From Chrysomallon squamiferum (taxonomy: Eukaryota > Animalia > Mollusca), in assembly GCA_012295275.1 (NCBI GenBank), contig CM022674.1, forward strand, positions 17,627,210 to 17,691,209: 64,000 bases of DNA, given 5' to 3'. Shown here in pieces: positions 1 to 13,912 of this stretch. The translations under genes and the position numbers were made by a program. Numbering within the stretch: the first letter of the stretch is position 1; each line of letters opens with the position of its first letter. The notes below the pieces were generated by a model. The model was not told where the DNA came from. It saw nothing but the letters and a program-made list of their open reading frames with translations, and did not search any database.

Positions 1-440
1 AATGACAATTTTAGAAGCAGTTTCTAAAAACAAAGGTGAGAAAAATATCTAACTGCAGAGAATAGCACATCCCAGAATACTTGGACAATGTATTGGTTGC
101 TGGTTGAGATAGGTCACATATGATAAGTGGGCTTTGTGTTCTGGGCAACATTAATGGGTTCAAGAAATTTAGTCAGTGTTTAATTTAATGAAAAATAAGT
201 AATTTTGATAAGGTAAAATTTAGCTATGTAGTTGCTAGAGGTCAGCACTGTAGTAAAATGACTTCTAAATAATTACTGAGTGAGATTGGTGATGTCAAGT
301 TGTCAGTTAATGAATCATGTTTTAAGTGTGTAGTTCACTGCTGTTTTATGATACACCCAGTAAGATCATGTGCACCAAAACACGATACAATTTCCATCAA
401 CTTTACAAATACGCATACACACATATATGCATACACACAC

Positions 441-488
<48 letters not shown>

Positions 489-791
489 CCATATATTTAC
501 ATACATATACACATATACATACATATAAATATATACATATACATACATACATATTCAATGCATACACACATGCATACGCAGCCACACACATACATACATA
601 CATTCTTCTCCGTACTTTAATCCTAAAGTTTATGACAGTAAAGTCATTGTCATTGTCATTGTGACACTTGTAAAGAAAACTTGTTGTGGCACTTTATCAT
701 AACACAATCTCATAGAAAGCCAGTCATCAACAATGAAATGTCCAACTATGTATATAAAACATACAAAATATGTAACATGTATGTGTGTGTA

Positions 792-822
<31 letters not shown>

Positions 823-967
823 GTTAGAACATACAAACCAAACTCTTAAGTACACAAAGTACATACACTATTATTAACTATATAAAAATTAGGATCTTTA
901 CTTTTGTGTACTAGAAGATATTTTCCTAAGATTTTTCCTCTCTTTCTTTCTGTTATTTTTATTATTA

Positions 968-1021
<54 letters not shown>

Positions 1022-1533
1022 AAGTTTTAATTTATTATTCTTTATTATCACTGTATATAGTAACAGAATAAAATGAAAAACACTGACTATTACACTAATA
1101 TTATTGAAATTGACTTAATTAGTCCTTCAGCTATAACAACCAGATGTGCAACAAATAAGAGACAAACACCATTTGTCCATTTTCATCCAAAACAACAATA
1201 AAATACAAAATAAAAAACTACTTTTCATTTTGGATGCTTGTCCATCAGTAAAGATTATAAAAATAAAACAAGTTTATATTACTGATGATGAGTAAAAGAA
1301 AATGATTAAAGTGACCTGTACAGTTATTCATGGAAGTGTCAACATATAACATTATTATTATCTCTTTCTGATTTATTTTACTATAATTATTACTACTAGT
1401 ATTAAAACTACTGCTGTTGTTTTCTCTCACTACTGTTATTTAGTTATTATTGTTTATATTATTATTATTATTACACACACACATATATATATATGTATAT
1501 ACATATATAGATATAAACATATACATAAATATA

Positions 1534-1564
<31 letters not shown>

Positions 1565-1572
1565 TTACAAAT

Positions 1573-1613
<41 letters not shown>

Positions 1614-3742
1614 TACCATCTCAGTGTACATGTACTTCTTAATTCTATGATATAAAATTCCTGAATGTTTCGGCAAATTATTGATTAGGTATTCTATTGA
1701 AATGCTACTTATGAATGTTAACAGTTTTTCTTAGCAAATGTGTTTCTTGTGATGACATGGTGACATCAATATTAAAAACTGCTTCAACATCAAAATACAT
1801 GCAATGTCAATGCCATATAAGGTTCATCTTTCTGAAAAAAATAGACTTGTCTCCTTTATCATAAGTGGGTCACATCTGTGGATGTTGTTCATTAAACAGT
1901 GTCTGAGAGAAAAGCACTAATGTGTATTCTCTTATATATTAAACATGTACAGAAAAAGAAAACTTTCACTTTTCAACTTACTAGTTAAATTGTTTTCAGC
2001 TCCTATTTGAAAATGTTGACAGTCATGTATGTTTACTGTTGGATTTACAAGTTGTAATATTGGAGTATCTGTGAAACAGTAAATACATTTTTAAGGACAG
2101 AATACAGTATTAATACAATCAATTAATAGTATTATTGCATATAACACTATATCATTTAAAAATGTTTTTAACTGATTATGTGCAGGTGCTATGAAATAAG
2201 TATTACTTTAAACTATTAAAATGTTTAACAGTAAATACAAGATTAATTATAATGGTCTCGATGAAGTAACAAAACAGTAACTAGAGTGTATTTTGCTTTA
2301 CTGTTTTAATCTGTTGAACAAAAAGGCCACAAAAAACAACAAAATTAATTCATTATCAATGTAACTTTTAAAAGTGTCAATTTACTAATGCCTAAGAAGT
2401 AACTAAACAATACATTGAAACATTGTATTGATACAAATGTAAATAGTACTTTTGTCAGTTTAGAATTTACCATCAATAAAGTAAACACTATATTGAAATA
2501 TTGTATTATTACAAATATATAAATAATGTTGACTCTTTATAATTTCCTATTAAAAAAGTAAACAGTACATTGAAATACAGTGAGCATTACCACGACTGCT
2601 TGACACAGGTAGTTGTAAATTATGATCTCTATGAGTGATGTCAAAGGAAGACTGAGATGTGATGCCAGAGAGAGATACACTTGTCATATTGTCTAAGAGA
2701 GACACAGCTGTCACACTCTCTGCAGAAGAAATAGCTGTCACAGTTTCTACAGAAGAAACAGCTGCCACAGTGAACGAAACAGCTGTTGTGTTAGAAGAAA
2801 CTTCTGAACTCTCATTTTGGTCATCCATATTGGCTGAGCTGTAAAAAATAATATAATGATTTTTTATATAGGACGAAGAAACGAAATGTTTTATTTACTT
2901 ATTTTATTTACTGTTTTATGGGGTCAGACATAAGATTAAGGAACAGTCAGAAAACAAAAGAAGAAACCCACTGCAGTCACTTCACTATCTACTCTGTCTT
3001 ATTAACAACAAGTGATGTTTCATTTATACCTACCCACAGACAGTACAAACTATTTCATACATCAGGTGTTGAGTACTGCTTAAATGAAAACGACTCAAGA
3101 TTCCATCAGCAGGCATTGATCCAAATATCTAATACAACTTGCACATTTTACTAGAGACCTACATCTAGTACCTTGTATTAATAGTAGCATTGACTCATAG
3201 ACTGTATTCTCAATTTCTGTTCTATAAATAAATGCCTGGACATAAATAAAAAGAGGCTTAAATAAATATCCTAATTTTATAAATAGGGGTATTTGATTAT
3301 GTTATTTAGAAATACTCAGGAAAACACAATTTCACAATACTGTTACCTAAAAACACAATTCTAATTAATTAATCTTACCTCATTTTGGATTTGTTCTTTT
3401 TCATCTTTTTAGGGGGTGGTGATGCACTGACTGGGGCAGGTTCTGCCTCTGGGTTCCTGCGTTTCTCAGCTGTTCTGCTGCTTTGCTTTCTAGTCAAACT
3501 GAAACACACAGATTTACTAGTGCTATTCCACATTTTTCTAAACACTACAAATATACATGACAAAAATCAACGAAACAGTTGTCAGAAATCACTGTAAATG
3601 ACAAAACCAGTGCACTGTAAAAAAAGTCCATGAAAATTACTGCTTTCCCATTAAACTGATTAATTTAGGATTCCTGATATCAACTTTTCATTTAGTGCAT
3701 TTTTCAAACTGAAAACACAAACCAACATCAGTCTGCATAGAG

Positions 3743-6715
3743 CAGGGGTGCTCACACTTTTTCAGCTTGCGAGATACTTTTAAAATAACCTTGTCAAAAT
3801 GATCTACCTGTTTTAAAATATGCTAAATACTTTTATTTAAATAGGCATCGAAATAAATTGAGAACGCTCGTTCAGGTCACCGGGAGGTTACCAAGTATCA
3901 ATAATCCTTCAGTGAATGGCTAATGTCTTTTCTGAATCTTTTTCCGAAAAACAACGATTGATTCCTTAATTCTGTTGTTTATTTTTATTTTTCTCGTATG
4001 AAATTCCACCAAAGTTAGCGCCCAGCGATTTTTAATTCTTCCATTTTTTAGATGCATCCACTGTGTGACGTCACATGTTTAGTGATGGTCGGTCTGTAGT
4101 GTGACGTTACTTAGTTTGCAGCAGTACTGAATTTAAACGTAGCATTACCGGGCACGAGTTTTATTAAAATGGTATCCATTCATGTGTAAACGTTTAAAAA
4201 ATGGGATTTTTCCAATGACTTTTAGTTCGAAGTAAATGAAAAACAAATATGTCAAAACTACAATGCAAAAGTTGTACTGAAAACAAAACGGCAGTAAGAA
4301 ATGAAGCCAAGTTAAGACGTATTACTTGTAAGTCGCTTGACGGAGTACTTGCCTATATCGATGGTTTCAAAGGCTACACACAGAAATCAAACGTGCAAAG
4401 GCAGGTGAAAACAGGTAGCCTTCACGACTGGGCAAAAAAGAATTTTTTCACAAAACAGTTCAGACTCTCAAACAAATTCAGCTTCTGATAGTATGAAAGT
4501 AAATCGTAATGTTACGTGTTCTAATTCCAATGGAACATTATTTGAAGAAACCAGTAAAGAACAATATAAGAATCATTGCAATACACATTGTGGTTGGTTA
4601 TGCAGGAGAGACCTATATCTGACTATCGGTCCCTGATTCCGTTACTGAAGAAGAATGTGGTGCAGTTTGTAAGTGGGAAGGACAATAACCAATCATGTTT
4701 GGGAGTTTGTTCACTTTTTTGCCCAAGCAATGAGAGATGATATCAAACGGATGATACAGTATGCCAACTTTATGTCAGCTGAACAAGATAACACAGAAGC
4801 TCGCAAAACTAGTGACGAAAAATAATACATTTATGTGAAGATTGTAGTGAGGGACCAGCCTGTGGAACTATTACTTAAATGTCAAAAAATGATTAATTTC
4901 GTTGGAGTAACTTCAGAAAGAATCAAACATGCTATAGATGATGATTTCCATGATTTGACATTACTAGTGAAAAAGACATAAAAATCTCTTATTTGTGCCT
5001 GTGTAGATAGATCAAAATTTAATGTTGGTATATTGATTGGAGCTCTAACTGTAATGGAAACTGAAGGCAGTGAATGGTTGCTAATAATTCATTGCTCAGC
5101 ACTCAGAATTGAAGGGGCGGTCAAAGATGCATTTACTGAAATTGGTGACTTGGCAAAAGTGGATGACATGATGTTGAATCAAGAACAGTGGCAAGTGTTG
5201 GAGAATATTGCTTCTTATTGCACAGCGGTTAGCGGTTCCAGTCCAACGTATACCGAAAGCTTCTGGTACACGATTTCAAATTCATAAATACAGGACCATC
5301 AAATCTATGATCATAAACTTTCTGCCTCTATGTTTATTTGCGGTAAACATGATACAGGCTTCAAAAATTGTTTGCAAAGCAGACCAAAACGCTACACTAA
5401 AGGGGTTCCTTAACAAATGCATTCTTTCCATGACCCTATCTTCAAGACAATGAAAATAGATGATCACACTCAGCGGGATATATCTTATCCAAATTAAGGC
5501 TTGGAACAAGTACAACTTATATAACGATTTTGATGAAAGCCTAGCTTACCACAATTTTGCCATAGATATGGTTGTTGCTGAATGGAGGGGTTTAAATAAT
5601 CTTGTGGTAAACAAATTCGTCTACTTCCAAAGTAAACAAGGCAAGTGGTGCCAAATATCCAGACACCATCACTCTGAATATCCACACATTCTTCTTATCA
5701 TTTAAATCATATTGGCGGTTGCTCTTGCTATTGCAAGTGTTGAGAGTGGCACAAGCGCTCTCAGTCGGTAGTTGACAAATACCAGGTTGAACATGTCCAA
5801 TTGTACACTGGATGATTTGCTGGTGATTACAGTTAACCTGCCTGCACTTATAATCTGTGGCCCTTCATATGAACAAAAACTTACAGACAAAGCTGTTTCC
5901 CAGTATACAGTTTACTAAAAAAAACTAAGAAAAAGACCAGCATCTTGTACAATAGACAACCTGATTCTAGACTCTTTGTCAGACTCACAAGACACATACT
6001 TACCTGTGCCCTCTTCAGATGTGATAAAAATAACCTGCAATGAACTAATGTGTGTAGAGGATTTTCTTGCTACTACAACATCAGATTCAGAGGACTTGGA
6101 TGATGCTCGAGTCAAACAGTTGATACTTCAGACACTGATGATAGTGACAACTCAAAATGCTAACTGAAACAAGTTCATCATTCAGATTCTCATATCAGTA
6201 TTGTTTGATCAGTTAAGTAAAACAATAAAAAGAACACAAATTGTCACGATTTGTTTTATTGTATTGTTTAGTTATTAAATGCAATACACTATATATATAT
6301 ATATACACAAAGTATTAATAATGTGAGAAAAATGATATGGATACATAACAAATATATTAATTATACTGTTGTCCATGCATGTATGTTAGGATTTCACAAC
6401 AATAATAATGGGAATCGTAAACTTCATACATTTGTTGTAACCTATTGGTTACGAGTTCCTGTTTTTTTGGTAACTTCTAAATGTGTTCGTTAGCAGACAC
6501 AATCCTTATTTCGATGTATTTTTAAATATGTACTGAATATATTTATATATAAATTATCTGTTCTTACACTTTACATCAGTGCATGAATCGTTACAGCACA
6601 ACACAACTGAACACATTTTTGTCACTTTGATGACTTGCAGTGAATACCGTGCGATTTATCCGCACTACACTGGCGATTGACCAGTCGATCATGATCGAAG
6701 TATTGGACACCTCTG
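3743..6715 (+). mobile_element. hAT-superfamily DNA transposon (decayed)
   Basis: Imperfect TIRs: CAGGGGTGCTCACACTT at 3743, and the right end reads CAGAGGTGTCCAATACTT as reverse complement (ending 6715). Diverged 8-bp TSD GCATAGAG (3735-3742) / GCTTACAG (6716-6723). Internal transposase remnants. Confidence 0.85.
4170..5960 (+). pseudogene. hAT transposase remnant (ZNF862-like), multiple stops and frameshifts
   Basis: Fragments include IIHCSALRIEGAVKDAF (hAT HCxAHRLELAVKDA-type motif) and LAVALAIASVESGTSALSR*LTNTRLNMSNCTLDDLLVITVNLP, which resembles the hAT C-terminal dimerisation domain. Confidence 0.75.
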
Positions 6716-9700
6716 GCTTACAGAATAGAAAGTCATATGGAAAAAAGCTAAAATAAATCTCCTAATTTTTTAAATAGAGTTTGATCATGTTATTTAGAAA
6801 TACTCAGGAAAGCACACTATTTCAAAATACTGTTACCTAAAAATATAGTTCTAATTAATTAGTCTTACCTCATTTTGGAGTTGTCGATTCCCATCTTTTT
6901 AGGGGGTGGTGATGGGCTGACTGGGGTGGGTTCTGCCTCTGGGTTCCTGTGTTTCTCAGCTGTTCTGCTGCTGTGCTTTGTAGTCAAACTGAAAAACAAA
7001 GTTTTTACTTGTGCTATTCCAAATTTTTTCTAAACATTACTAATATACATGACAAAAATCAGCCGAACAGTTGTCAGAAATCACAGTAAATTACTAAACC
7101 AGTGCATTGTAAGAAAAGTCCATGAACATTACTATCTTGCCACTAATTGATTAATTTAGGTTTCATGATGTCAACTTTCCATTTAGTGCATTTTTCAAAC
7201 TGAATACACATACCAAGGTGTCTGCATTCAGAACGGAAAGTCAGAAAGATAATCTGTGAGTAACAATGTCTGATTTTAAAATATGCAGAACTGTATCAGC
7301 TGGGTCAGTTCAGATAGTTCAGGATTCAGATTCATTTGAGGCATCATATGAGTAATATTATAATCAATTCCTATCTTAGTTTTGTCAGACCTATTACTAC
7401 ATTATATAAACAATACAAATATAAATGTACCAAGAATAGTGTTACTAAGTAATATTCTTAGTCTTGTAAATTAGTTTATATAAACAATACAAATAGAAAT
7501 GTCACAAATATGCACCTGAACATAATGAGTGGAAACGTGGCAAGTAATTACAAAGTTGTGATGATTGACAACAGAATGATGTTCTATGTTTCTGAATGAC
7601 AGTTACAAATGATTTCACTGTTAAAGGCCAGTGTGTGATATTTCCTTGTTTTTCTTAACTGCAGCATGCTCACATATCAGATTTTGAACTACATTGTTTG
7701 GCACATCTCTCATTCAGTGTCAAGTTGGCACTTTGGTGCACATCATAAACACAAAGATGACACAAAATAAGAATGCATTCAACATTATGCCTCAAACCTA
7801 CAGGACATTAGTTTGACAATTATTACAATCATCAGTCCATTAGTGACCTCAACACTCTACATCCAACGCAATGCTGTAACTCTTCCTTAGTACTTACTTA
7901 GCATTTTAAACAATTCTTAAAATTTAATTCTTGGAAAAAATCAGTATGAACATGTCTGATACTTTATATCAGGGTGACAAAACTGTTATATCTATTAAAT
8001 AAATATTGTATGATTATTCTTCAATATTGTGTCTGTTTGTATATAAACATACTTTGAGAAATTGTAGACTTCAGCTTTCAATAATCTGATACATTCTTCA
8101 TTCCAAATCTTCGTCACTTCATGATTTCATGTTAATTTACAGACACATTTCATCTGTGCAGTGTTTGAAACTGTCATCTTAATACACCATCAATACAGTA
8201 GTGACATCTCTGAGTAGTACAGTGTTCAAACATTGTCATGCTATGTACAAAGACTTTCTTTATTTACTATTTATTTTTTAAAGATGCTTTCTCCGCACCA
8301 TAGATTTATATTTGTAAAATATATATATATATATATATTTTTTAAAGTCATTTCATGCAGTTAAACATGACTCTAGAGTAATTATAATAACCTATGATTG
8401 TGTTTGAGTATGTATTCCTTCACTTAAACATTAAATTTAAATGCATTTTCAAAATAATAATAATAGCCATTACTCTATTATGTTTTTAAATTGTTTAATA
8501 CATTACTGAATGATAATTTTTCTACACTAAGTATAATAATTTATATCAGATTGAAAATATATATACACAAACACACAGCTGCACCGGAAAGAAACATTTT
8601 CTTCACTATGTCAAGACAAAATGAGTAAAAACAGCTGTATTTATGCTTCAAAATGTTTGGATTAAAGTTAGTGTCACCTAACTGGGGTTATTTCATTATA
8701 TAATACTTGTTGAAAACTGATTAAATATTTGAAGAAAGCATAGAATATTCTGTGACTGAAAGCATATCAACTTATTTTCTTTTTTAAATGAATTACAAGT
8801 GACAGTCATTTTGTTATCTTGGAAAAAGAAACAGAACACTGATCAGAGTTTCCACTTAGAAACTGTTGAGTAACTCCTGTTACTTCGTTTTTCAAATGTA
8901 GATAAATAAATAGATAGCAACAAAGAAAACATTAGATACCTAAGCTAAAAATTCATTTTATTTATCAAATCAAATATAAAATTTGCTTATTGAAGTGAGT
9001 GTAAGTTATTTTATATAAAGATTGAAAACTGTTAAAGAAACAATTATAACTAACAAACTACCCAACAAGAATGAAAAGTTACTTTTTTAATAAAACCTGG
9101 ACCTAGTCCGAGACTGACTTTGACAACTAAAGTTGTATCCGTCTTGTACTGTACATTGCACACTTATAACATTAAATTTTAATGTAACTAATTTAAACAA
9201 ACAGAACATTTACTTACTTACAATTCAGTTTAGCCCATCTTTAGACATTAGCTGCTGTATGTTAAACAAGTTGTCTGTAACTGTCCATACAACTCTTCTG
9301 TCCTGTCAATAGAACAATACAAAACATACACACTGATTTACCTTGCTTCATAAAATAATATTGTCAAGACTTTCTTTTATTATTATTATTATTACTATTG
9401 TAATGAAAGAACTGCTGTCATTTACCCAAAATATTAATAAAAAAGTAAAAAGAAAAATGAAAAAGAAGAATTAAGCACCAAGAGGAACAAAATACTAAAA
9501 AAGTAAACTTAAAAGTAAATCTGTTATATCTGCCATTTTATCAAAAATCAGTATCAAAAATCATTAACATACTTGAAACTGATGCTTAAAATAGAATTTT
9601 ATTTATTTGTTTATTATCAATGTACATGGATCTGGTTAATTTACACAATAAAATGTTATGTACAAATGTAATACTCAAACTTTAAAAAAATAGATCAGCT

Positions 9701-10936
9701 CTATTTACTAGTGTATTTGTAATATACCAGACTTGTTTCAGTCATATTATAGTTTTATATGTACACAAGTGGTTGAGATAACATGTCTACCTGTATTCTG
9801 ACTGAAAACATTAGATGATTTCACAAGTTTGACATCTGAAAGTGGATGTATAACCTTGTCATAGCTGAACATGGTGAAAACAAAAATTCTTAATGAAACA
9901 GTGAGTGAATATCTGCTGTCATTTGAGGACATAAATTTAAGATTAACCACATATATAGAGATGAATTCTCTTTTATAAATAATTTACTGAATTACTCTTC
10001 ACCTCCATTTCTTGTTGTTTAACACTCACTGCACAATTTCCTATGTGCATCTAAACATTATGCTCTGATCATATAACTTTTCAGTCCTGCCAGTAGAATA
10101 ACACAAAACATAGATGTTTTCAAATTATTAAAATATGTGCTAATTTTCATTTAGAAAAATAAAAGAAAACAAATTTAATATAATAAAGAACATTTTTTTT
10201 TCTAAAACAACAACAGAACAACAAAATCTGAACTCTCAAAAACTGAGAGTTATAATTAGAAGAGACAGGATGAAATTTTGGAACGTTTCTGTTAGTTGAT
10301 ACATTTAACTTTCCACACGTACGTGGGATTACAATTTAATTAAGACATAGAAAGGTAAACTACAGGTGTGTGAAATACGATATTATTGTTGTTGTTGTTA
10401 ATTCAATTTGTTAATGCTTGGTTAAGAAACACTCAAATTAAACATATTAATAACTGACTGTACCTTTTTGCTGTTCTCTAATACTATTGAGTCGGCAAAC
10501 ACTGGTGTCAATTCTTATCAACCAACCCATTATAACACAAACATTAGTTGAGCACCAGTGTCAGCATTACAAAGAATTTTGAGAGTACGTATAGGCAAGA
10601 TGTGATGACTTTCATAAATTTATTTTTAGGCACTGACCAAAAAAAATATGTAGCTTTTCATGAAAGATGTGTGTTTACTTTGCCAAATTACGTTGTTACG
10701 TACAGCACTCACAGTTACTGCTGGTTCAGGTCTTGGAAAACCATTATTTAAAACAGTTTTCACTTAATAAAACAATAAATTGTAGTTATTTAAAAAGAAA
10801 AATAACACAGGAATCAAAATTAATTTTTTTGTGATATTTAGGATTGCACATAAAATCAAATAAAGTTACTGTCTTATCACATCTACTTTATCCTCGTCAG
10901 GCTCAGTGCTGAATGCCTCAGTGCAGCAACTGGTAT

Positions 10937-13840
10937 TTTAAATTAATTTATTAGACAACTGCAGTGAGAAAAAGACGTGCATGAATGGATGACTGTACCC
11001 TTTTTTACTCTATGGCTTGTATGTGGACTCAGCTTTTGATGCGCTTTAAACAGCCAGAAACTAATCGCTTCATTAACTAGGTTGCGATATATTTATAAAA
11101 AAAATATTAATAAAAAAATAAAAAAATAAAAAAATATGCGGATACATTTTAATTCAATCTTTGCCAAGTTAGTCTTGGAATAAATCATCGAGCTTCCAGT
11201 AATGCGTTCAATATAAGAATTCGTTCTCAAATACACAGATTCCTTTGAACTACAGTACAGATTATAGCAGCGAATTGTTTATCTAAAAGGGCCTACCTGA
11301 CGTTTGTTTAGGCACTTTCTTTCTGTATCTTTAGTTTTTGTTTCTTCTTTTAAGGTACACGCCCTTTCCTCTCTGTTGTTCATATATTTGTGTTGTTACA
11401 TCTAAACAAACGTCCAATAATGTAAAATGTAGATAACACTCCTGACCTTCCTAATGCTAAGGAGTCCAGTCTCTCACACGGGATAAATGTTTGCTACGTT
11501 CTTTAAACGATGGCACAATGCACACATAACACAGTGTATTGTGTGTGTGTCTGTCTGTGTGTGTATGTAAAGATCAATGACTTATAGAAAACACAAAATA
11601 TAAGGGAAATAACTCAAAAATAATAATTAAAGTAGGTGTATTTTCTGTAATAATTAACTAATTAACTTCCTAACTTCGTGCAATAACAGTAGTTTTCTCC
11701 ATCAAGCATACATTCTTTATAAAACGTTGGTTAAAGAGATACTGGAAACTAAATATTTTTTAGAAAATAAATCAGATGGCCATTTTTGTGATTTTAAAAT
11801 CGCAAATAATTCGAGATTCGAGACACAATTATCGATGATAAATACCATTAAATCATTTCGGAAATCTTCTTTCTATGATTCATAAGTAAGACGTAAGTAA
11901 TTTAAGAAAAATAATCTAATATAATCCATCCTCAAACATGAGTCATATAACAGGAATGTTGGTCCGCCATGACACTTTAGCGATACATCGCCGAGATGAG
12001 CGTGTTTCAGGAGGTAAAGAATTCAATTAGCATGTTTGCAGAATCTTGATAAAATTTCAAACAGTAAGTTAAAAATACGAATTGTATACTGTGAAATAAA
12101 TAAAGAACCAACAGAAACTACAAAAAACAATACAGTATAAGTTTTCCTTACCAGCAGAAGTGACACAACTTATTCGCCATCTCCTCGCTCTGTTAATCAC
12201 CCAGCAATGACCTACTTTGTGTAGCTTTCAGAGTGCTCCGGGCAGACACTGCTTATTTATTATTTATTTACTTGTTCGAGGTCACTGGTTTAGCTGAATG
12301 CATTATCACTGAGAGTTGGCTAAAATGTCAGTTTTCTAAGTGTGTCATGTTTCTGAAATATGGTTTCAGGTTAAAGTCAAAATGATATTGGGCGGATTAT
12401 CAACAATGTTGAAGAAAATTATAATACTGCTGTACCTGCAAAGTAAAACTGATTTGAAATAAATATTTTAATTTTTTTTAAATTCTCTCATGTGTAAGGG
12501 TTTTTTAATTAAATTAAGTAGGCCTAACTAAAAAAATAAAAATCTGACGTCTAATCCACTGAAACACTTTAAAGTGGAATGAACAAACGGGCACAGCAGT
12601 AGGAAGAAAAGTAAATGTGTTATTATACTGACTGTTAAAATTATATTTAAAAACAAAAACACATTTTAATCAAAACCGTCACAAAAATGAACTGAAGAAT
12701 AAATGTAAAATAAATAAATGAATATGAAATAAATAAACAAACACAAAGAAGTGAATAAAGAAAGAAAGAACGAAGTAGAATCTGGATACGGACATTTGCC
12801 CCCCCTACAATAATAAAGTGCATAGGCGGAAAAATCCACAAGCAGAAATGCAAGATAGGATAAATGCTCCACGAATTAAAATAAAATGTATATCTGATAA
12901 TTATAATAATTACAAAAGGAAAAACAGACATAATATTCAGTCATTGTTTATAAAATAGCCTTTCACTTTATTGTTAATTGTGGGATTTATGCAATTATTT
13001 AATAGGTCAAGTAAATTGGGTGTGACGAGCTTTAATGAATGAATAACTTTAAAAATAATTAGTATGACAGGTGACATAGCATAGCTTGGACACTATGAAA
13101 TCATTTTTCACTTGACACTGACAACACTGATTTCGATGTAAGTTTTAAATTAATTTATTACACGTTTGCAGTGAGAAAAAGCATCCATGAATGGATGATT
13201 GTACCCTTTCCTCTTTGGCTTGCATGTGGACTCAGCTTTTGATGCGTTTTAAACAGCCAGAAAGTAATCGCTTCATTAACTAGGTTTAATATATTTAAAA
13301 ATAATAATAATAAATAATAAAAAATAATAAAATATAGAAAATTGGGGAATATATTTTAATTCAATCCTGAAAAAGGTAGTCTTGGAATAAATCATCGAGC
13401 TGTCAATAATACGTTCAGTACAGGAATTTTTTCTGAAATGCACAGATTCCTTTGAACTACCTTTGAAATAGATTATAGAAGCTAATTGTTTATCTAACGG
13501 GACTACCTGACGTTTGTTTAGTCACGATTTTTATGTATCTTTAGTTTTTGTTTGGACAGTTGAGCTATATCTCTGTATCTCTCTGTTGTACATATACTTT
13601 TGGTGTTACATCTAAACCAACGTCCAATAATGTAAAATGTAGACAACAGACCTGATCTTCCTAATGTTAAGGAGTCCAGTCTCTCACACCGGATAATGTT
13701 ATTAAATGTTTGCTACGTTATTGAAACGATGGCACAATGCACACATAACACAGTGTATTGTTTGTGCGTCTGTCTGTGTGTGAATGTAAATTTGTATGAC
13801 GTTATCACTACAATCTTATTAATGTATGTGTCTATGTGTT

Positions 13841-13912
<72 letters not shown>

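Larger units (their letters stand above)
3255..7245. repeat. Tandem duplication of a ~0.5 kb unit (3255-3742 and ~6745-7245), first copy interrupted by the hAT element
   Basis: Near-identical blocks, e.g. 'tcttacctcattttgga...catctttttagggggtggtgatg' at ~3373 and ~6863. Each carries a minus-strand GTAAG donor after a ...PEAEP(A/T)PVS(A/P)SPPPKKM... reading frame. Confidence 0.85.

Noticed and set aside
300-1650. ORFs rich in YI/HT/CV repeats (similar ones at 19-22 kb, 24.8 kb, 27 kb, 38-41 kb, 45 kb, 48 kb, 58.5 kb and 62 kb)
   Set aside because: They are translations of (TA)n, (CA)n, (GA)n, (TAA)n and poly(T) microsatellites.
2550-2844. S/T/V/A-rich ORFs on both strands with a ~24-27-bp internal repeat
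   Set aside because: It could be a terminal exon of a decayed minus-strand gene, but there is no recognisable domain or consistent exon chain.
7250-10930. Exon-like segments with splice signals on the minus strand
   Set aside because: The frames I tried contain stops and no motif could be assigned, so it is not called as a gene.
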